Positions 58,145 through 64,000 of a stretch of DNA of 64,000 bases are shown one piece after another (position 1 is the stretch's first letter; every line of letters begins with the position of its first letter). The translations under genes and the position numbers were made by a program. The stretch is from Solirubrobacteraceae bacterium (GTDB taxonomy: Bacteria; Actinomycetota; Thermoleophilia; Solirubrobacterales; Solirubrobacteraceae): NCBI GenBank assembly GCA_036496915.1, contig DASXKH010000015.1, positions 902-64,901 of the forward strand. The letters are read 5' to 3'. The notes under the pieces are model-generated. The model saw only the letters and a program-made list of their open reading frames with translations, was not told the origin of the DNA and searched no databases.

Positions 58145-59919
58145 GGCGGCCCGCCGCCGGGATGCTGATCGCCGCGGCGATCGTCTCGGCCGGCGTCGCG
58201 TCCGCCCGGGGCGAAGCGAGCTGGCGCCTGGAACAACCACCGCCGCCGGAAGGAGCACCGTTCAAGGTCCCTCTCGGACGCGTCGACGACATGGAGTTCT
58301 TCGCACCCAACGAGGGCCTGTTGAGCGTCGAGGGCAACGCCACCATCTCCGCCGGTCTGTTCTTCTACAACGGGCGCGGCTGGCATCAGCTGGCGACCGT
58401 GTGTGGCGGCGCCGGAGAAGTCTCGCGCATCGCCTGGGCGGGACCCGACGAGTTCTGGACGATCACCGAACCGAGTGAGCCACGGGTGGGCTCCGGGCTG
58501 GGACTGTGTCACTTCAAGGAAGGCGTGGTCGTCGGTTCCTACTCGACGCCGCTGCAGTCCCCGGACCCGTTCCATCCGCTCGATGCGGCCGCCTGCAACG
58601 GCCCGGACGACTGCTGGTTTGCGGGCGTCGGGAGCGAGGATCCCTCGGGGCAGCGCATCGGCGCCTTTCATCTGCATTGGAACGGGACGGCCTTGACGAG
58701 CTCCTACCAGCCCCAGGGCCGTGGTGTCAGTGGGCTGGCGTTCTTCCACGGCGCCTTCTACGAGAGCACGTTCGTCGGCGCCGAAGCGGGCAACACGACC
58801 AAGCAGGTGACGTTGGCGACGCCCGAGCCCGAACACCCGATCCTGGTGCACAAGCTGGTCGGCTCGACGTTCACCGGCGCGAGCTTTCTGCCCTTCCCCT
58901 ACCCGGGCGTGCCGACCGAAGGCACCGAGCTGCTGTCGGCCAAGTCAGACGGCTCTGGCCTGTGGTTCTCCGGAGGCGGCGCCGCCTCGGGACCGGACGC
59001 ACCGCGTGACGGATCGGTGCCGAGCCCGCCCGTGGCGGTGCGCTACTCCGAACCCTTCTATCAGCAAGCCCCGATCGAAACCTCGCTGTTCGGACCTGAA
59101 GATCGCTTCATCGACATCGCACCGGTCCCGGGCACCGAAGATGCCTGGGTGGCCGACCAGCCCTATGCGTCACGCGGGAGCGCCACCGCCAAGGCCAAGG
59201 TCGCGCTGATCGGGGCGGACGGAGCGAGCACTCTGGACGTCCTGCCCGTCAGCGGCCCGGCGCGGGGAAGCGCGCAGGCGATCGCCGCCACCGGCCCCGA
59301 AGAAGCCTGGATGGCAACCTCCGCCGGCTGGTTGTTCCACTACACCAACGGGGCCGTACTGCCCGAAGACACCGATGCCAACTGGACGAGCACGATCACC
59401 CAGCGCCCGAACGAGTCGATCGAACAGTTCGTGCCCGACACTCCCCCGGCGGACAACTCGCAGCTGTTCGCGCCGCCCCCGGTCGCGGTTGAACAGGCGC
59501 AGAGCCTGGAAGCACCCGTGCCGGAGGTCATCCCGGCGCTGCTGAAGGACATAAAAGTCTCCCGCCACGGCCTGACCGTGATCGTCAGCTTCAAGCTGGC
59601 GGGCCTCGCCGATGTCCAGCTGATCGCCAAGCGCCACGGCAAGACGATCGCCAAGACCGCCAAGCTGCGCCTGAAGGCCGGTAGGCACTCATTGAAGCTG
59701 AGCTTCAGCGCCAAGCGCTGGCCGACCGGTCTGAGCTTCAAGACCAAGGCGCTCGTCAAGCTCAAGCCTGTGCCCGCGACCGGATGTGAAGGCAAGTCCG
59801 GTGCCTCGGGCGGCGGGGGCGCAGGCCCCAATGCGGTCGCGACGTCATGCGAATCGGGCTCCTCCTCCAGCTCCCCGGGCGCGGGGCCGAACGCGGTCGC
59901 CACGAGCCTGCGCCGATGA
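58141..59919 (+). CDS. Exported hypothetical protein (propeller-like) with basic C-terminal domain and duplicated GAGPNAVATS tail
   Basis: TTGA overlap with the ftsH stop; signal peptide; DCWFAG and EAWMAT blade-like motifs; Lys/Arg-rich C-terminal domain. Confidence 0.8.
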   Translation: MRRPAAGMLIAAAIVSAGVASARGEASWRLEQPPPPEGAPFKVPLGRVDDMEFFAPNEGLLSVEGNATISAGLFFYNGRGWHQLATVCGGAGEVSRIAWAGPDEFWTITEPSEPRVGSGLGLCHFKEGVVVGSYSTPLQSPDPFHPLDAAACNGPDDCWFAGVGSEDPSGQRIGAFHLHWNGTALTSSYQPQGRGVSGLAFFHGAFYESTFVGAEAGNTTKQVTLATPEPEHPILVHKLVGSTFTGASFLPFPYPGVPTEGTELLSAKSDGSGLWFSGGGAASGPDAPRDGSVPSPPVAVRYSEPFYQQAPIETSLFGPEDRFIDIAPVPGTEDAWVADQPYASRGSATAKAKVALIGADGASTLDVLPVSGPARGSAQAIAATGPEEAWMATSAGWLFHYTNGAVLPEDTDANWTSTITQRPNESIEQFVPDTPPADNSQLFAPPPVAVEQAQSLEAPVPEVIPALLKDIKVSRHGLTVIVSFKLAGLADVQLIAKRHGKTIAKTAKLRLKAGRHSLKLSFSAKRWPTGLSFKTKALVKLKPVPATGCEGKSGASGGGGAGPNAVATSCESGSSSSSPGAGPNAVATSLRR

Positions 59920-62900
59920 GCTCCGAAGGCTTGGTTGGTCGTCGTATCGGCGCCGTCGCAGGGATGGCGCTGCTTGCGCTGCTCGGTCTCTACTGCCTGG
60001 CGCATCTGGTCGGCTCCGGCGCGCGCGCGGACACGGGTGGGAACGATCCCCAGCCCCAACCGGTGCTCGGCACCGCCTCTGGTCCGACGGTCTTGATGGG
60101 TGCCGCCACCTCGGGTGAACCGGGAGAGGCGTGGGCGTACCGCGTACTGCCACTGAACGTTCCGCCACCCGCGAACGGGAACGGACGTGCGCAGTTCGCC
60201 GCGCCGCCGGGTGGCGAATCGCCACCGGGCCAGCTGGTGTTCGAGCGTGCGACCGACGCCAATCCCGATTGGACGGTCTACGAAACCCCACTGAGCGAAG
60301 CCCAGGCCCAGCCCTATCGGGGGATGAGCCCCGATCGGCCCTCGGCGAGAATCACGCCACACGCCGGCGGCCTGCTCGCCGGACAGGACCCGACGCGGCC
60401 CTCGGGCAAGCGGATCGTGGTGCTCGCACGCGATCCGGGCGGACGCTTTCACGTGCTGCCCGAACCGTCCACGGGGGTGCTGCCCGAAGCGGGCGAAGGC
60501 GGGGATCCCGCCGCGGGAACGCTGGGCGAAGGCGAAGGCGCCGGGGCGGTCGCCGACGCAGCTATTGAAAGCGCTGGTCACACCGAAGCGTATTTCGCCG
60601 CGCTTGGCCGCAAGCAGGATACGTCTATCGCGCGCTGGAGCGGCACGCAGTGGTCACGCGAGCCCGTGGAACTGCCCAGCGGCTACACCGGCTCCTTCAC
60701 GATCGTCGCGCTCGCCGGGACGACGCCACAGAACATGTGGCTGCTCGGCAAGGCGAGTCAGGAAAGCGGCCTCGGGCCGATGCTGTTCAAGCGCGTGGTC
60801 AACGGCTCGGGCGAAGGGCGCTGGGAACACGTCGAGCTCGGCTCGGCGCTGTTCGCCCAGGCTGCGACTCCGGCGCAGAACGTCTCGGACCTCGCGCCGC
60901 TCGCCAGTCCCGGTCAGTCGCTCACCGTCTCAGACCAGGGGGTGTGGATCGACGGCAACATGCAGGCGCCGGGCGGCGGCAGCAACGGTTACGACTTCAC
61001 TCTTTACTACGACATCGCCCAGGCCAAGGTCACGACGAGCTGGTGCGACGCCCATAGCGGCGGCGGGGAAGCGCTGTGCGCTCATCCGCTGGGCGTGCGC
61101 TTTGGACGCCTCGCGGGCTATCGCAGCTTCGCCTTCGACGGCGCCGGCTTCGGCTCGCGGATCGTCACCAACCCGCTGCAGCCCGGCGGCGGGGACTCGA
61201 CCAACATGGGTTCCTATTTGAGCCTCGAAGGCGCCACCTTCCAGCGGATGCCCGGCGCTGGGCCGAACGATGCGCCCGGTGGCGCCTTCTACACACCGAG
61301 CGATGGTTGGCTGGAAGGACTGGTGCAGATCACAGGTAATGCTCAGCCCCAGCGGCTGACGAGCTGGCCCGTGTCCGCGCGTGCGCCGTTCACGGGCGTT
61401 GCGCCTGCGCCCGGGACAACGCCGGGCGATCCCAATGCGCAGGCGCTCGCCGTCGGCGCCGGAGGGGCCGTCGCCCGCTACATCCCCGGACAGGGTTGGC
61501 AGCGTGAGTTCCTGCTCAGCTCGAGCGGCGCGGTCAGCTCGCCCACGCTACGGGCGGTCGCGTGGCCTGAGGCCAATCGTGCTTTCGCGGTCGGCGATCT
61601 CGGTGCGCTATGGGTGTGGCGCGCGGAAACCGGCCTGTGGGAGAAAGATCCGGCGGCGCCGCCGGAAGGCACTCACGCCGATCTGCTGGGGATCGCCTTC
61701 GACCCGAGTGATCCCGCGCTCGGCTATGCCGTCGGCCTCAGCGGGACGCTGTGGAGCTATGACAAGACCTGGACGCAGGACGCGCTGCCCGAACCATTCC
61801 AGAAGGAGCTCAGCGAAGGTCTCAACGGAAACCCCGAAGAAGCCCTGAAGGCGAACTTCACGTCGGTCGCCTTCGCCGGATCGGAGGCGATGGTCGTGGC
61901 GGAACACGATCTGCTCGTCAACTCCGGCTCCGGGTGGCGAATCGACCCTGAAGTCCACGCCCTGCTGGCGAGCTTGTCGAGCCGACCGCAGCTGAACGTC
62001 ATCGCCGGTCTCCCGAATGGCGGGGCGGTGCTCGCCGGGCACAACGTGGTGTTGGAGCGAGATGGCGCGACCGGCCCGTGGCGCTTCTCCGAACAGCCGA
62101 TCGTGGATGAGACCGCGGTTGCGGCGAGCGCCTATATGGATGGCTCGAAAGTGCGCGCCGTGCTTTCGGTGGTGCCGGACTTCATCTACCCACCACCGCT
62201 GATCCTGCCGCCGATCGACCCCAACACGCCGCCGCCGCTGATCCCGCCCAACCCCCTCCCCGGCGACGGCTACATGTTGCGCGAAACGGGCGGCGGCTGG
62301 GAGGACGAGGAGCGCGCCGCCTACGCGGGCGACAGCGAGGACAGGCCGGTCAAGGCCGATCCGATCGCCGCGTTCGATCTCGGCCCCGAAGGCTCGGGCT
62401 GGGCCGTCGGTGGATGGAGTGGGCACGCCGACGACGCCGGACGCGGGACGGACAACGGTGGCTCGGGTCAGGCGGTGCGCGAAAACGTGCAGACCGCCGG
62501 GATCTACCGTTACGCGCCCGGTGGTGGCGCACAGAGCCCGCCGAGCGCCGCAACCGCTCCCGTCTCGTTGCAGGCGAACGTCGCGACGTTCGCACTCGCC
62601 GGCCATGCCGAGTGCGCCGAACACTGTGCCGACCTTGCCGACGAGGGGATCGCCCCCGACCGCAATCTGACAAGTGCGCTGAGCGCGATCGATGGCCTTG
62701 CGGGCCAGCCCAACGGCCCGCGCGCGCTCCTCTACACCGGCGGACGCGAGACGCCGGGCGAGGGTCCGGAGTCGAGCGCCGAGGCCAACCGTTACGCCCA
62801 GCTGCTCGCCCAAGGCGGTGGGCTGGGAGTGTTCCCGGCCGTATCCGCGGGGGATTCCGAAGGCGGCGGCGCGGGCGCGTTCGGCGCGGCGTTCGCCGGC

Positions 62901-64000
62901 TTTCCCGCGCCGTTTGGCGAAGGCGGTCTGCCGGCGGGCGTCAGCACGTCGAACATCCCCGGCCCGAGCGGGCCCGTGCGCGCGGGAGCGCGCACGCACT
63001 ACGCTTTCGACAGCACCGGCTCGGCGGGCACCGTGCGGGTGATCGTGATCGACAACTCGCGCGGCTCGCTGGCGGCGAGCGATCCTTACCAGAACCCCGC
63101 CGAACCGCAGACGCCGTGGCTGGCCGAGATGCTTGCCGACGCCCGCGCTCGTGGCATCCCCGCGATCGTCGTGGGCTCTCGCGAGCTCAACCCCGGCCTG
63201 CCGCCTGCCCTGAACGTGGCCTCCGACGCGAGCGAAGAGGCGCAGATCATGGTTGCAGGTGGCGCTTCGGCGTACCTGTACGAGCGCCCTGAGGAAAGCC
63301 GCGCCAGCCGTATCCCCGCGGGTGCAGCCGTGACGATCCCCGAGCTCGGCACCGGCGCGCTCGGCTATCGCTCGGCGATCGGCGGATCGTTCACACCGGG
63401 CCAGCCGGATGCGCTGTTCGGCGCGACCGGCTACCTGCTCGTGAACGTCAACGTCGCTCAGCGCAACCCCGCGACGAACGTTGCGCCGGTCACGGCGCGA
63501 CTGATTCCGCTCGTACAGAGCCTGTCGCTGAACCCGCTCGACGGGACGCTGCTGCGGCGCAGCGCGCCAGCGTTGTTCGAGGGCCTGGCGCGGCGTCCTG
63601 TCAGCGGCGATCGCTGGGGGCCGGCGTCGGCCGACGGCAGTCCCAACCCGCCCGGCGCGAGCCCCTACAGCGAATTCCCCCAGCCCCTGTGCCTGCAATC
63701 CGACTGCGCGAGCGCGATCGAACCGGAATACACGTTCACCTCCTCCGAACCGGAAATCGCGAGCTTCGTCGCGCACGATCCCAACTCGACGAACTTGCGC
63801 AAGCCCCTGCAGGATGCCGCCGGGCATGTCATCCCCGACTCGAAATCGGGCATTCTGTGCGCATTCAACGCCGGTAACACGGTGGTCACGATCTCGGCCG
63901 GGGGACTGTCTTACTCTGTGCCGGTGACGGTCCTGGGCGGCAGCGTCGAGCAGCCCTGCGGCACCGTGCCGTTGGCCGCAAGCCGCTTTGCGAAAGCGGC
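59916..64000 (+). CDS. Giant (>1360 aa) exported protein: BNR/YCF48-like propeller repeats, degenerate metallophosphoesterase domain, Ig-like domain; truncated by the window end
   Basis: ATGA overlap; frame open to the window end by manual translation. LRAVAWP..RAFAVGDLG, LLGIAFDP..GYAVGLSG, HYAFD..TVRVIVIDNS, QTPWLAEML, FTSSEPEIA..GNTVVTISAG. Confidence 0.85.
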   Translation, partial: MSSEGLVGRRIGAVAGMALLALLGLYCLAHLVGSGARADTGGNDPQPQPVLGTASGPTVLMGAATSGEPGEAWAYRVLPLNVPPPANGNGRAQFAAPPGGESPPGQLVFERATDANPDWTVYETPLSEAQAQPYRGMSPDRPSARITPHAGGLLAGQDPTRPSGKRIVVLARDPGGRFHVLPEPSTGVLPEAGEGGDPAAGTLGEGEGAGAVADAAIESAGHTEAYFAALGRKQDTSIARWSGTQWSREPVELPSGYTGSFTIVALAGTTPQNMWLLGKASQESGLGPMLFKRVVNGSGEGRWEHVELGSALFAQAATPAQNVSDLAPLASPGQSLTVSDQGVWIDGNMQAPGGGSNGYDFTLYYDIAQAKVTTSWCDAHSGGGEALCAHPLGVRFGRLAGYRSFAFDGAGFGSRIVTNPLQPGGGDSTNMGSYLSLEGATFQRMPGAGPNDAPGGAFYTPSDGWLEGLVQITGNAQPQRLTSWPVSARAPFTGVAPAPGTTPGDPNAQALAVGAGGAVARYIPGQGWQREFLLSSSGAVSSPTLRAVAWPEANRAFAVGDLGALWVWRAETGLWEKDPAAPPEGTHADLLGIAFDPSDPALGYAVGLSGTLWSYDKTWTQDALPEPFQKELSEGLNGNPEEALKANFTSVAFAGSEAMVVAEHDLLVNSGSGWRIDPEVHALLASLSSRPQLNVIAGLPNGGAVLAGHNVVLERDGATGPWRFSEQPIVDETAVAASAYMDGSKVRAVLSVVPDFIYPPPLILPPIDPNTPPPLIPPNPLPGDGYMLRETGGGWEDEERAAYAGDSEDRPVKADPIAAFDLGPEGSGWAVGGWSGHADDAGRGTDNGGSGQAVRENVQTAGIYRYAPGGGAQSPPSAATAPVSLQANVATFALAGHAECAEHCADLADEGIAPDRNLTSALSAIDGLAGQPNGPRALLYTGGRETPGEGPESSAEANRYAQLLAQGGGLGVFPAVSAGDSEGGGAGAFGAAFAGFPAPFGEGGLPAGVSTSNIPGPSGPVRAGARTHYAFDSTGSAGTVRVIVIDNSRGSLAASDPYQNPAEPQTPWLAEMLADARARGIPAIVVGSRELNPGLPPALNVASDASEEAQIMVAGGASAYLYERPEESRASRIPAGAAVTIPELGTGALGYRSAIGGSFTPGQPDALFGATGYLLVNVNVAQRNPATNVAPVTARLIPLVQSLSLNPLDGTLLRRSAPALFEGLARRPVSGDRWGPASADGSPNPPGASPYSEFPQPLCLQSDCASAIEPEYTFTSSEPEIASFVAHDPNSTNLRKPLQDAAGHVIPDSKSGILCAFNAGNTVVTISAGGLSYSVPVTVLGGSVEQPCGTVPLAASRFAKA

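Noticed and set aside
1416-63889. Numerous long Arg/Pro/Ala-rich ORFs overlapping well-supported genes (for example 33879-36476, 37981-39894, 55757-57340, 61608-63827)
   Set aside because: Shadow frames caused by GC3 bias; each overlaps a motif-supported gene in another frame or on the other strand.
1-64000. tRNA, rRNA, IS/transposase or integrase
   Set aside because: No cloverleaf, rRNA-like stretch, DDE/HUH or recombinase motifs, or terminal inverted repeats were recognised by eye.

Overview
High-GC actinobacterial chromosomal segment; gene content and protein style suggest Thermoleophilia/Solirubrobacterales (inference). From left to right: the 3' end of an RHS toxin gene with a putative immunity gene; cydAB-ndh; gnd, a Cof-HAD hydrolase and pgi; rpmF; an HpnO-like aminotransferase, typA and an ABC exporter; gad; a Zn/Mn ABC importer with a Zur-like regulator; MMPL with a coupled membrane protein, algH, an Lpd-like oxidoreductase and bcp; an AT-richer stress islet (TetR plus small proteins); a copper-uptake operon (small leader ORF, copC/D, ycnI). 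The last 30 kb is a phosphate island: ppk1, sixA, an orphan OmpR-type regulator, phoU, pstSCAB, a winged-helix-only regulator, DUF47, a lipoprotein and a second pstSCAB. Divergent from it runs a >14.6 kb co-directional cluster of exported proteins: a PKD protein, a TolB-like propeller, a third (DING/PstS-like) phosphate-binding protein with a basic C-terminal domain, an FtsH paralogue with an altered pore loop, a propeller protein, and a giant propeller/pseudo-metallophosphoesterase/Ig protein that runs off the window. Several promoters in the island carry 11-bp-period PHO-box-like repeats. The most notable unexplained items are this exported-protein cluster, a family of 22-24 bp perfect palindromes with an invariant GCATGC core (four abutting copies plus one solo copy), and a candidate RPPP arrest-type leader peptide upstream of the copper operon. 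No rRNA, tRNA, CRISPR array or transposase was recognised. All domain calls are by-eye motif recognition, not database searches.
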